From: Bryobacterales bacterium
GTDB lineage: Bacteria > Acidobacteriota > Terriglobia > Bryobacterales > Bryobacteraceae
Assembly (NCBI GenBank): GCA_947467395.1
Contig: CANIIC010000001.1
Location: 368-64,367 of the forward strand
Length of the DNA stretch: 64,000 nt
Direction: 5' to 3'
Position 1 is the stretch's first letter. Each line of letters opens with the position of its first letter. The notes below the pieces were generated by a model, which saw only the letters and a list, made by a program, of their open reading frames with translations, searched no databases and had not been told where the DNA came from. Below are positions 30,648 through 39,882 of this stretch, piece after piece. The position numbers were made by a program, and so were the translations under genes.

Positions 30648-32033
30648 ATGGGTACGGGTGGCAGCAGCCAGCCACGGACTTTGTTCCAGGGACAGGGCAC
30701 GGCGCCAGCCCGGGATTTGGACCCGAATTGGGCTGGAGATGAAAACAATCAGGTCCGTGTCCTTGGATTTCTGATCGCACTCGTGTATGTCTTCTTCCGC
30801 ACAGGTATGATTCACGAAGTGATGGCTGCCCGTGTCGGGAACATCTATTTTTTTCCGCTCGTAGGAGCACCCGTTATCCTGCTGGCGTTTGCGAGCGGTT
30901 CATTTCGGCGGATCTTCGCAGCCCGCCCCGGAAAAATGTGGCTACTGTTCGGGGCCTGGATGGCGATATCGGCGCTTTTCAGCACATGGAAGAGCGATTC
31001 GGCAAACCTCTGGTTCGGGTATCTACAAACCAGCCTGGCTGTACTGCTCGTGGTCGGAGGCTTGACGCTGACGGTGCGAGACTGCCGGCGAATGATTGGG
31101 GCCATGGCGCTGGGTGCGGCCGCCATCAGCTTCTCGGCCCGGTTCTTCTTCGAAGTGAACCGGCAGGGCAGCGATTTTGGTGGCAGTATCGGCAACACGA
31201 ACGATTTGGCTGCTCACTTCTTGTTCCTGCTTCCTTTTGTTTTGTGCTGGGGCATGGCGGCAAAGACGAAAGTTGTGAGGTTGAGCGCGGTGATTCTGCT
31301 CACGGTGCTCGTCGCCCAGATTGCGGGAACCGGATCCCGTGGGGCACTCATCGCCGCAGCGGCAATGGTAGCATTCGGGCTGTGGCGAGGGTCCAATGGG
31401 TTGCGGTTGGCCTTCGCGGTATTAACCCCACTGGCCTTATTTCTCGCGGTGACGTTCTTGCCCTCCCAGGTACTGGACCGTTATCGCACCATCTTGGATG
31501 AAGACAGACCCACGACGACCAGTGAAGCGACGGCTTCCACCGAGACTCGAAAATACCTTTTCCGCACAAGTTTACAGGTCACGATGGACAACCCGTTTAC
31601 CGGCGTGGGACCGTCCCAGTTCGCGAATATTGAAGGCGAGACCTCCCGTGAAAACAGGCGTCAAGGCGCGTGGCAGGTCACCCATAACGCCTATACCCAG
31701 GTTTCGAGCGAGCTCGGCATCCCGGGATTTCTGATCTTTGCCGGGGCCCTCATCTCCACCTATCTCGCTTTGGCCCGAACGATTCGGCTTTGCCAGCTGT
31801 ATGCGGCGCAGTTGCCACAGTTGCAGTTCCTTGGGACGGCGTCATTCTGCACGATGTTTTCCCTTGTTGGGTTTGGCGTTGCGATCATTTTCCTGTCGCA
31901 AGCGTACGCGCTATACCTGCCCCTGCTGGCTGGACTGACGATTGCCCTGGAACGGGCCGTTCAGAGGGAGGTCCGGCTGAATGGGACCTCCGTGCCAACG
32001 CTGTCATCCCGCACCGGCGTTCGGGGAATATGA
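30648..32033 (+). CDS. O-antigen ligase/polymerase family membrane protein (Wzy-like)
   Basis: At least 10 TM helices. Block GTGSRGALIAAAAMVAFGLW, then a large loop with HNAYTQVSSELGIPGF. Start uncertain (ATG 30648, TTG 30681 or TTG 30717). Confidence 0.65.
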   Translation: MGTGGSSQPRTLFQGQGTAPARDLDPNWAGDENNQVRVLGFLIALVYVFFRTGMIHEVMAARVGNIYFFPLVGAPVILLAFASGSFRRIFAARPGKMWLLFGAWMAISALFSTWKSDSANLWFGYLQTSLAVLLVVGGLTLTVRDCRRMIGAMALGAAAISFSARFFFEVNRQGSDFGGSIGNTNDLAAHFLFLLPFVLCWGMAAKTKVVRLSAVILLTVLVAQIAGTGSRGALIAAAAMVAFGLWRGSNGLRLAFAVLTPLALFLAVTFLPSQVLDRYRTILDEDRPTTTSEATASTETRKYLFRTSLQVTMDNPFTGVGPSQFANIEGETSRENRRQGAWQVTHNAYTQVSSELGIPGFLIFAGALISTYLALARTIRLCQLYAAQLPQLQFLGTASFCTMFSLVGFGVAIIFLSQAYALYLPLLAGLTIALERAVQREVRLNGTSVPTLSSRTGVRGI

Positions 32034-32118
32034 CTGTGTAAATACTGAAGTTGGCCCGGAAAACCGAGCACTCCGGGGTGGCCCCTCATCAATCTGTCTG
32101 CGTTATTCTGATACTCAC

Positions 32119-33258
32119 ATGCATAAGTCTCGCAAGATCCTGTTCATTTTCGGGACTCGTCCGGAAGCTATCAAGTTGTGCCCCGTCATTCGGCATTTCC
32201 GGGAGAAATGGCCGCATTTGGGGGTCCGCATCTGCATCACGGCGCAACATCGCGAAATGCTGGACCAAGTCATGCGGGTGTTCGATGTTGTAGCTGACCG
32301 CGATTTGAACGCCATGCGCCCGGGCCAAACGTTAGCGTCCGCCACGGCGCGGATTCTGGCTGAATTGGAGCCGGTCCTGGCACAAGAAAAGCCGGATCTT
32401 GTTCTGGTTCAAGGCGACACGGCCACAACCCTCAGCGGCGCATTGGCGGCCTTCTATTCGCGCATTCCGCTAGGGCACATTGAAGCGGGCCTGCGCACTG
32501 GCGACCTTCAGCAGCCCTTTCCGGAAGAGATGAACCGGGTGGTGGTCTCCCGGCTGGCGCAGATGCACTTTGCCGCCACCCCAGCCGCCGCGGCTAACCT
32601 GCTGGCCGAAGGCATTGACGGGACGAACGTCACCGTGACGGGGAATACAGGCATCGATGCCGTGCTCTGCATGCGGGACCGGCTGGAAAGTGGCGGGATT
32701 CAAGGACCGGATTGGAGCTTCCTCGATCAGTCGCGCAAGTTGGTATTGGTGACAGCGCACCGGCGGGAGAGCTTCGGGGAAGGGTTCGAGCGAATCTGCC
32801 AGGGTATTCAGAAGATCGCAAGCAGGTCCGATGTACAAGTTGTGTACCCTGTGCATCCCAATCCGAACGTATCGGAACCCGTGTACCGGCACCTGTCCAA
32901 CCACGCAAATATTTCGCTGATTGAGCCGCTAGATTATGTCTCGTTTGTCGATCTGGCGCGGCGTTCTTACCTGATCCTGACGGATTCCGGCGGTGTGCAG
33001 GAAGAAGCGCCATCGCTGGGCAAGCCGGTGCTCGTGCTGCGCGAAAAGACGGAGCGGCCAGAGGCCGTGGAGGCGGGAACGTCTACGTTGGTAGGCACGG
33101 ACGTGGCCAAGATTGTCGACAATACCACGTGTCTGCTGGATGACGCGGCTGAGTACGGCCGCAGGCAGCGCATTCACAACCCCTATGGCGACGGCCGTGC
33201 CAGTGAACGCATCGCGGCCTATATTAGTGCTTTTTTTGAGAGCACGCTGCACCAATGA
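32119..33258 (+). CDS. wecB: UDP-N-acetylglucosamine 2-epimerase (non-hydrolysing)
   Basis: ATG 32119 (MHKSRKILFIFGTRPEAIKLCPV). Blocks HIEAGLRTG and LTDSGGVQEEAPSLGKPVLVLR. Confidence 0.9.
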   Translation: MHKSRKILFIFGTRPEAIKLCPVIRHFREKWPHLGVRICITAQHREMLDQVMRVFDVVADRDLNAMRPGQTLASATARILAELEPVLAQEKPDLVLVQGDTATTLSGALAAFYSRIPLGHIEAGLRTGDLQQPFPEEMNRVVVSRLAQMHFAATPAAAANLLAEGIDGTNVTVTGNTGIDAVLCMRDRLESGGIQGPDWSFLDQSRKLVLVTAHRRESFGEGFERICQGIQKIASRSDVQVVYPVHPNPNVSEPVYRHLSNHANISLIEPLDYVSFVDLARRSYLILTDSGGVQEEAPSLGKPVLVLREKTERPEAVEAGTSTLVGTDVAKIVDNTTCLLDDAAEYGRRQRIHNPYGDGRASERIAAYISAFFESTLHQ

Positions 33259-34427
33259 CCCCATCGCCGATTCGAGTTTTGGCCCTGATGGAAGCCTCCG
33301 TCGTGGGCGGGCCCTCCAAAAATCTGATTCAGATGGCGAGGTTCGGTAAGCAGGTGGACCTCTCGCTGGTGACGTTTCAACGGGGATCTTCCAACGCATT
33401 CGTCACCGCCGCCCGGGAGGCCGGGATCTCGGTGCACGTATTGCAAGAACGACGACGCTTTGACCTGGCGCCGCTTCAGCAATTGAGGTCTGTAGTGGAG
33501 CAGGTCCGTCCACATATCCTCCAGAGTCATAACATCAAGTCTCATCTGTTCGTCCATATTCTGGGCCTGCACAAGAGTTATCCGTGGATTGCGTTCCAAC
33601 ACGGCTACACCCAAACCGATCTTAAAGACCGCATCTACAACCAGGTGGATCGTTGGACGTTACCGCATGCGCATCGAATCGTGACTGTATGCCAAGCATT
33701 CGCGAAGCGCTTGGAGTTGCGCGGAATCAGGAGAGACCGTATACGCGTACAGCACAATTCGGTGGGCCCCTTCGTGGCATCCCCGGCGGAAGAGGTGGCG
33801 GAGTTGCGGCGGCGGTGGAATTTGGGAGACGCGAGCGTCATTCTGGCGGTGGGCCGCTTGTCGTTCGAAAAAGGCCAAGCCGATCTGGTGCGCGCCGCAG
33901 CAGTCTTGAAGCAGCTGAATCTGGAAGTGCCGTGGCGTTTTGTTCTGGCCGGGGACGGTCCGGAATTGGACTCGCTCCAAAGATTGGCGGCGTCACTGGA
34001 CGTAACCGAGCGTCTCGTCTTTGCTGGCCATCAGACCAACTTGCAACCGTACTATTCGATGGCCCGAATCCTGGCGCTGCCCTCGCACTCAGAGGGATCG
34101 CCGAACGTGATCCTGGAGGCGATGGCGGCGGGACTGCCCATTGTGGCGACATCTGTCGGTGGCGTGCCGGAAATCCTGGCGCACGAGCAGACCGGGCTGC
34201 TAGTTCCATCGGGCGATTCATCCGCCATGGCCGAGGGGCTAGCACGCTTGCTGAAGAATCCGGCGCTTGCCAGCACACTGGCGATCGCCGCGCAGCGGCG
34301 GGCCGCCAGTTCCTATTCCCCGGAAGCGAAGTATCGTTCCCTAGTAGCGATTTATGAGGAATTGCTCCGGGAGCGTTTGTCGGGAAAAGGGGAGGATCAT
34401 GCGCATTTGTCTCGTCTACCAGTCTGA
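33255..34427 (+). CDS. Glycosyltransferase family 4
   Basis: ATGA overlap with wecB. Blocks AVGRLSFEKGQ and PSHSEGSPNVILEAMAAGLPIVATSVGGVPE. Confidence 0.85.
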   Translation: MTPSPIRVLALMEASVVGGPSKNLIQMARFGKQVDLSLVTFQRGSSNAFVTAAREAGISVHVLQERRRFDLAPLQQLRSVVEQVRPHILQSHNIKSHLFVHILGLHKSYPWIAFQHGYTQTDLKDRIYNQVDRWTLPHAHRIVTVCQAFAKRLELRGIRRDRIRVQHNSVGPFVASPAEEVAELRRRWNLGDASVILAVGRLSFEKGQADLVRAAAVLKQLNLEVPWRFVLAGDGPELDSLQRLAASLDVTERLVFAGHQTNLQPYYSMARILALPSHSEGSPNVILEAMAAGLPIVATSVGGVPEILAHEQTGLLVPSGDSSAMAEGLARLLKNPALASTLAIAAQRRAASSYSPEAKYRSLVAIYEELLRERLSGKGEDHAHLSRLPV

Positions 34428-35592
34428 ATTTCCAGACTCTGAGCGCATTGAGAAGACCGCTAAATCTCTGGCTTCTGCTGGACACGAAGTATTCCTGCTG
34501 GCGAACAACTACGGCAAATTTGCCGAGCACGAACAACAAGTGGACGCACTACACGTGTTGCGGCTAGGGCCCACGTTTCGACGCCGTCTGTGGAACCGGC
34601 TGCTCAAGTTCCCGATTTTTCTGAACCCATTGTGGATCGCCGCAATCTACCGCGTCGTTCGAACCCACCGTATAGAGGCTCTCCAAATCATTGATGTCCC
34701 GCTTTCGGTCGCAGTGTTGGGGATTGGCCGGCTGTTTGGGCTGCCGGTGGTCTATGACATGTGGGAGAACTACCCGGAAGCGCTGAAGGGCTGGGGGCAA
34801 CGGGATTGGAAGACGCGACTTTTTAAGAATTATCGCGTCGCGCGAGCCGTCGAGCTGTGGGTTACGCGGCGTGTCGATCACATCTTTACGGTTGTGGAGG
34901 AGGCCCGCGAGCGCCTGTTGGCCGATGGCGTGGACCCTCAACGGGTTTCCGTGGTAACCAACGGCGTGGATCTCGATATGTTCCTGACTGATTGCCCGCC
35001 CACCGCCCCACCCGACTGGAACCCGGACACTTACAAAATGCTGTATGTTGGCTGGATTACAACCGAACGCGGCCTGGACGATATGATCGGCGCTTTGCCT
35101 TTGCTGGCTGATCGGCTGCCACAAGCCGAACTGTTGATCGCCGGGAGCGGTAATGACGAGCCTCGCTTGCGCGCCCTTGCCGCACATCTGCACGTCCAGG
35201 ACCGCGTTCACTTCCTGGGTTGGGTGCCGTTCAAGCAGATCCATGGTTATGTGGAAAACAGTGACCTTTGCCTGGTTCCACACATTTACAACGATTTCAT
35301 CAACACAACTATCCCCAACAAGCTGTTCCAGTATATGGCTCTGGCGAAACCGGTATTGGTTTCCAACGCAAAGCCACTGGCGCGCATCGTACGAAGCTGT
35401 GATTGCGGGTTTGTGTTCGAATCCGGAAACCCGGCGGACGCCGCAGACAAGATTGTGGAGGCGTATCGGGCGCGACTCGATTCATCGCTGGGTTTACGGG
35501 GGCAGCAATGTGCCCTGGAAAAATACACGTGGGAAAAGGCCGCCAGCGAGCTGCTTCGTGTATACGCCCAGTTTGCCCGAAAGACTGCGTAG
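34399..35592 (+). CDS. Glycosyltransferase family 4
   Basis: ATG 34399 follows GGGGAGGA. Blocks MRICLVYQSEFPDSERIEKTAKSLASAGHEV, YVGWITTERGLDD and IPNKLFQYMALAKPVLVS. Confidence 0.75.
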   Translation: MRICLVYQSEFPDSERIEKTAKSLASAGHEVFLLANNYGKFAEHEQQVDALHVLRLGPTFRRRLWNRLLKFPIFLNPLWIAAIYRVVRTHRIEALQIIDVPLSVAVLGIGRLFGLPVVYDMWENYPEALKGWGQRDWKTRLFKNYRVARAVELWVTRRVDHIFTVVEEARERLLADGVDPQRVSVVTNGVDLDMFLTDCPPTAPPDWNPDTYKMLYVGWITTERGLDDMIGALPLLADRLPQAELLIAGSGNDEPRLRALAAHLHVQDRVHFLGWVPFKQIHGYVENSDLCLVPHIYNDFINTTIPNKLFQYMALAKPVLVSNAKPLARIVRSCDCGFVFESGNPADAADKIVEAYRARLDSSLGLRGQQCALEKYTWEKAASELLRVYAQFARKTA

Positions 35593-35614
35593 AAAGCACG
35601 TTCCAGGCAGGACG

Positions 35615-37093
35615 CTAGCGCACAAGTTCCAGGTCGCCATTGGGAAGCACGCGGAAGCATTCCCGAGACCCGGTGCACTGTTCGGGCAATGCGTCTGGCT
35701 GGACGACGCGGACCCTGAGGGCCCGATTTCCAGCAACTAACTGGGCAGCCCATTCGGCGACCGGCATTCCCGGCTCCATGGGATCAATGGTGGACAGTCC
35801 GTGGTAGCCGTAGATGCCGTAGCGGTGCAAAGGAGGCTCCTGGGGAGTGCTGGCCAGGATGACATCCCAAGAACCTTGGCCCCAGCGACCAACCGGGAAC
35901 TGGCTCACGATCTTTTCAGCCGTAGCTGCGCACGCGATCACATTTTCAGTGCGTACAAGCGTTCCCGAAATCGCAAGCGTGAGCAACAGGCCGACGGCGA
36001 GAAAAAACGATCGCCCGGGAAGCAGGCGCCAGAGTGCCGTCGTAAGAATCAACGAGTAGAACGCGATCGGGGAGTAAAGGTAGGTCTCAGAGGCATGCGG
36101 CGTAAAGACCAGGTACGGGGAGAGACACGCGATGGTCGCAACGGTGAAGAAGCCCAAGGTCTTCCAGTCGAGCTTCTTGAACCTGATCCTCCAGAGCGGC
36201 TGCCGCAGCAGATATGCGAAAGCCAGAACCAGCGCCACACCCGCAGCGGCAAGACCGAGCACCAAATTACGAGTCAGGTGCACTTGAGAGGGCAGGGGAG
36301 TTTCCCAAAGCGAATTCGCCAGCAGGCTGTCCACCGGAAGCAGCGTGGCGCCAGCATAGACCAGGAGATTTTTCGCGATGAGGCCGAGCGGGGTAACCGC
36401 GGTTTTCTGGGCGACGAAGATGAAGCGAGGCACGACGAACAGGGTAAGTGTCAGCCCAGAGCCAAATGCCAAGGCCGGCAGGTACCTGCGCGGTAGGGGC
36501 TGGTGCTGCCGCCACCAGAGGAGCAGGTATAAGGCGATGAAGCCAAAGTTGACGATGACCGGCTCATAGGTGAGGAGGCCAAGGAGCATCGAGGCGAAGC
36601 TGCCCGTGAGGGCCAGTGCCCAATGTTTGCAGCGCAGGGAGTAGAGGAAAAGAAAGAAGGAAAGGAACAGGAAGGCGTAGGCCGCCGTGACCCCCCAACT
36701 GGCAACAATGACGGATTGATGGGCAAGCGGGTGAATTCCGAAAAAAAGGCCTGCGATCGTAGCGGGAACCGCGGCGCCCAGCATGAACCACCCGATTCCG
36801 TAGATGCAATACGCCACCAGCAAATGAAACGCGAGGTTGCGAACCCGGAACGGCGGTGCCGTATGTGCTCCCCAGGTCCAGGTAATGAAACTCAGGCCAC
36901 GCTGCACCGGCCGGTATTTGGTGGTGCCAAAGTGCGTCGTGGTGAGGATTTTGAGCGGATCGCCCGAATCTTCAAATTGCGCGCGGTGGATTTCGGCGAA
37001 ATCATCGTAACCGCAAAAATACGAGTTGAGACTGCGTCCATAGCCGGCAAGAATCGCCGCTGAGATCAGAACCAAAGCGAATAGGTGCTTCAT
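35615..37093 (-). CDS. Polytopic membrane protein, candidate GT-C-fold (ArnT/PMT-like) glycosyltransferase
   Basis: About 11-12 TM helices. Acidic motif CGYDDFAE in the first extracytoplasmic loop. A ~90-aa soluble C-terminal domain. Family not confirmed. Confidence 0.45.
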   Translation of the reverse strand: MKHLFALVLISAAILAGYGRSLNSYFCGYDDFAEIHRAQFEDSGDPLKILTTTHFGTTKYRPVQRGLSFITWTWGAHTAPPFRVRNLAFHLLVAYCIYGIGWFMLGAAVPATIAGLFFGIHPLAHQSVIVASWGVTAAYAFLFLSFFLFLYSLRCKHWALALTGSFASMLLGLLTYEPVIVNFGFIALYLLLWWRQHQPLPRRYLPALAFGSGLTLTLFVVPRFIFVAQKTAVTPLGLIAKNLLVYAGATLLPVDSLLANSLWETPLPSQVHLTRNLVLGLAAAGVALVLAFAYLLRQPLWRIRFKKLDWKTLGFFTVATIACLSPYLVFTPHASETYLYSPIAFYSLILTTALWRLLPGRSFFLAVGLLLTLAISGTLVRTENVIACAATAEKIVSQFPVGRWGQGSWDVILASTPQEPPLHRYGIYGYHGLSTIDPMEPGMPVAEWAAQLVAGNRALRVRVVQPDALPEQCTGSRECFRVLPNGDLELVR

Positions 37094-37851
37094 GTTGTGG
37101 GTGTGGCAGGCTGCGAAGACGGAATGACTCTGATCTGGCGGGCCGGGTTGCCAGCAACGATTGTGTTGGCCGCAACACTGCTCATCACGATGGAACCAGT
37201 GGACACAATACTGTTGTCGCCTATGGAGACGCCGGAGTGAATGATGACGTTGCTGCCGATCCAGACATTATCGCCAATGGTGACGGGACGAACGTCTTCC
37301 TGGTTGGCGGGCTTGCCGGCCATGCGGTCCGCGGGATCGACGGGGTGGCCGGAGACGTCGAAGATCTGAATACCGGCCGCAAGGCGACAATGCTTCCCGA
37401 TGGTGATGCGGTTACCCACAACGAAGGAGCAGGAGTGACCAATGCCAGTGTGGTCCCCAATGACCAACGTTGGATTCTGCGTGTAGCGGGCGGCAAAGAA
37501 GAAATTGCAGGCACCGTCGATGATCACGTTGTCGCCAATGATCAGATCCCCACGTCCTTGGACCCAGTGCAGGAACACGCCTGTGTGCAGATTACGGCCA
37601 TAGCTCTTGCAATACGCCTTAAACAGTGGCTCGCAAAAGAACACACGCACCAGAAAGTAGTAGACGCTTCGAACAAACAGAACCACGGTGAGAATCGGGC
37701 GGACAATCAGTTTAGGTGCGGGAACACTGATGTTGCGAATGGCTTTATAGATCTTGCGGATGGCGCGCGCGAGACGGCTCTCCGAGGTAGCAAGGTAACG
37801 ATGCGATTGTGCGAACAAAGACGGTGTCCTCTCCCAGTCGTTACCAGCCAT
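37090..37851 (-). CDS. Hexapeptide-repeat (LbH) O-acetyltransferase with an N-terminal TM segment
   Basis: Left-handed beta-helix repeats IGDNVWIGSNVIIHSGVSIGDNSIVSTGSIV. ATGA overlap with the downstream gene. Confidence 0.8.
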   Translation of the reverse strand: MAGNDWERTPSLFAQSHRYLATSESRLARAIRKIYKAIRNISVPAPKLIVRPILTVVLFVRSVYYFLVRVFFCEPLFKAYCKSYGRNLHTGVFLHWVQGRGDLIIGDNVIIDGACNFFFAARYTQNPTLVIGDHTGIGHSCSFVVGNRITIGKHCRLAAGIQIFDVSGHPVDPADRMAGKPANQEDVRPVTIGDNVWIGSNVIIHSGVSIGDNSIVSTGSIVMSSVAANTIVAGNPARQIRVIPSSQPATPTT

Positions 37852-38689
37852 ACAAGAAGTCGCCCGAGGCGTGAACGGCCGTTTGATAGGGACGGCTGGC
37901 CATCACTTCCGCCGAGATGACCTCCAGATCATCGGGGAGATGATAGATGCACAGCGCGAGTTTCGGGGCGAATCGAGCTAGCGTCTGGCGGGCGCCGCGC
38001 AGGGCGTGGCGCTCCGCGCCTTCGATATCCGCCTTGATAAAATCCACCCGATCGAGGCCAAGGCGCGCACACGTGGCATCCACCGTTACAGCCGAGACCT
38101 CCGCGCCCGATTCGCCTATTTTGCCGGTCAAGCTATCGCCGCCGAACTTTACGGGGACCTCTTCGCTCCACAGTGGAGCAGCGACCACGACGACCTTGCC
38201 GGAGGCAGCTTCAGCCGCGAAGGTCTGCTGCAGGCAGCCCACCAGCTGTGGGTTGGCTTCAAAGCAGATCACGCGTGTGGCCCCGTGCCGGAGAGCGATG
38301 AGGGCAAAGATACCCAGGTTGGCTCCCATATCGAGCACCACGTCGCCAGAGTGGATCTGCACTGGACCGTGGAAGTAAATGTTGGCCAACATCTCTAAAA
38401 CGGTGAGCCCCAGAGCCGCCTGTTCGTCAGGTGGGGCCCACATCTGCCCAAAGGGCGTCGCAAACAGCGTGCGCCCTCCCTCGGAGCGCAGGGGGTGCGC
38501 AAACGGTAGCCTGGGCCAGGCGTTCGTGCTTTGGGGCAACAGGCGCACCAGCGACATCCATGAGAACCCAGGCAGGCGTCCGGCCAGTTTGTGTAGCAGG
38601 ATATTGCGGCGAAGAGTGAGAGAGTGTGACATTTCTAGTGGAAATCTATCGGCAGAAGATCGGCCATTCTCAAGACTCTTCAGGGGCAC
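37841..38689 (-). CDS. FkbM-family methyltransferase
   Basis: Blocks VVLDMGANLGIFALIAL and IDFIKADIEGAE. GTG start (an alternative ATG lies at 38632). Confidence 0.75.
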   Translation of the reverse strand: MPLKSLENGRSSADRFPLEMSHSLTLRRNILLHKLAGRLPGFSWMSLVRLLPQSTNAWPRLPFAHPLRSEGGRTLFATPFGQMWAPPDEQAALGLTVLEMLANIYFHGPVQIHSGDVVLDMGANLGIFALIALRHGATRVICFEANPQLVGCLQQTFAAEAASGKVVVVAAPLWSEEVPVKFGGDSLTGKIGESGAEVSAVTVDATCARLGLDRVDFIKADIEGAERHALRGARQTLARFAPKLALCIYHLPDDLEVISAEVMASRPYQTAVHASGDFLYGW

Positions 38690-38890
38690 AGCTGCCTAGC
38701 TGGGTGCTCAGAGCGTCCTGATTGTAGCATCTATGCCGCCGAGGTTGAGCCGCGGACCGATAACACACGACTGATGAATTAAAACACTAAGGATTACATG
38801 CGTTTACAGACAACACCGGAGGGAGGACGCAAGACCGGCTGTGCTAACAAGATGGTCGGCGGATACTGATCCACCCTAGGGGAGAGTTCG

Positions 38891-39847
38891 ATGAATATTC
38901 GGCAGATCATTGTGTGCATTTCGACGCTGTGCTGCGCGTGGAGTCAGACACAGGTGGACCTCAAAACCCAGGCCAAGAGCAACGTGGACTTCAGCCAAGC
39001 GATGTTGACGAAGCCCGTGCGGGCGGGAGCCGTACTGCCAGCGACGTGCACGGCCGCGGAGATGTTTTTCAAGACAAACGCGAGTGCTGGGCAGAACCTG
39101 TTCGCATGCGTCGCAACCGACACGTGGGCCCTGCTAAGTGGCATTCCCGACGCTGCGTCCCTGTTGCCGCCATTGGCCGGGAACGCTGGCAAGCTGTTGA
39201 CCACCGATGGTACCGATGTCACCTGGAGCGCAGTGCCGCCGGGGAGCGTCACCATCCAGAACGGAGCGGCGATCGTGGGGACGCGCCCGGCGATGGAGTT
39301 CATAGCGGGAACAGGCCTGATCAGTGCAATCAGCGATACGGGGTCGGAGATTCGGGTGCAACACACGGTGGACACATCGGTGATAGAAACAGTTCAGTCG
39401 CATCAGTCGGGGACACCATTGCTGTGCGCAGCGGAGACGGGCTCGAGTTCAGCCTATTTGTGTTCTTTGAACCCAGCCCTGACGGGCTACACGAGGGGGA
39501 TGCGGCTCCATTGGGTACCGGACGTAAGCGGAGCAGGCGGTGTCACCACCCTCAATGTGGATCTTTTGGGGGCCAAGCGGGTGATGCTGGCAGGGGGTGA
39601 GGCCGATCCAAGCGCCGCCGACATTCAGGCAGGGGTAATGTACGATCTCTGGTATGATGGCACTGAATTCCGGTTTGTGTCGCCCGACGGGCTGCTCACC
39701 GAAAGCGTAGCCACCCCGCGTCCAACTTGTGAAGCTGGCATTTCCGGGCGTATCTCATATTCACACGGAGGGCCCGGAGTAAAGGACGAACTCTCAGTGT
39801 GCTCTAAAGATCAGGCAGATGCCTATGGTTGGAGAATACTCTACTAG
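38891..39847 (+). CDS. Secreted protein of unknown function (beta-rich, tail-fibre-like segment)
   Basis: GGGGAGAG RBS. Signal peptide MNIRQIIVCISTLCCAWSQ. The segment GNAGKLLTTDGTDVTWSAVP resembles a recurrent phage tail-fibre motif (from memory). Confidence 0.55.
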   Translation: MNIRQIIVCISTLCCAWSQTQVDLKTQAKSNVDFSQAMLTKPVRAGAVLPATCTAAEMFFKTNASAGQNLFACVATDTWALLSGIPDAASLLPPLAGNAGKLLTTDGTDVTWSAVPPGSVTIQNGAAIVGTRPAMEFIAGTGLISAISDTGSEIRVQHTVDTSVIETVQSHQSGTPLLCAAETGSSSAYLCSLNPALTGYTRGMRLHWVPDVSGAGGVTTLNVDLLGAKRVMLAGGEADPSAADIQAGVMYDLWYDGTEFRFVSPDGLLTESVATPRPTCEAGISGRISYSHGGPGVKDELSVCSKDQADAYGWRILY

Positions 39848-39882
39848 GCGGTCGCCGGGCTTGCGAGTGGAATAGGCAAAAC

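Noticed and set aside
30403-30774. 123-aa ORF in the leader of the Wzy-like gene
   Set aside because: It has a Gly/Arg/Ala/Trp-rich, unstructured composition and overlaps the probable wzy start region in another frame. No RBS or motif.
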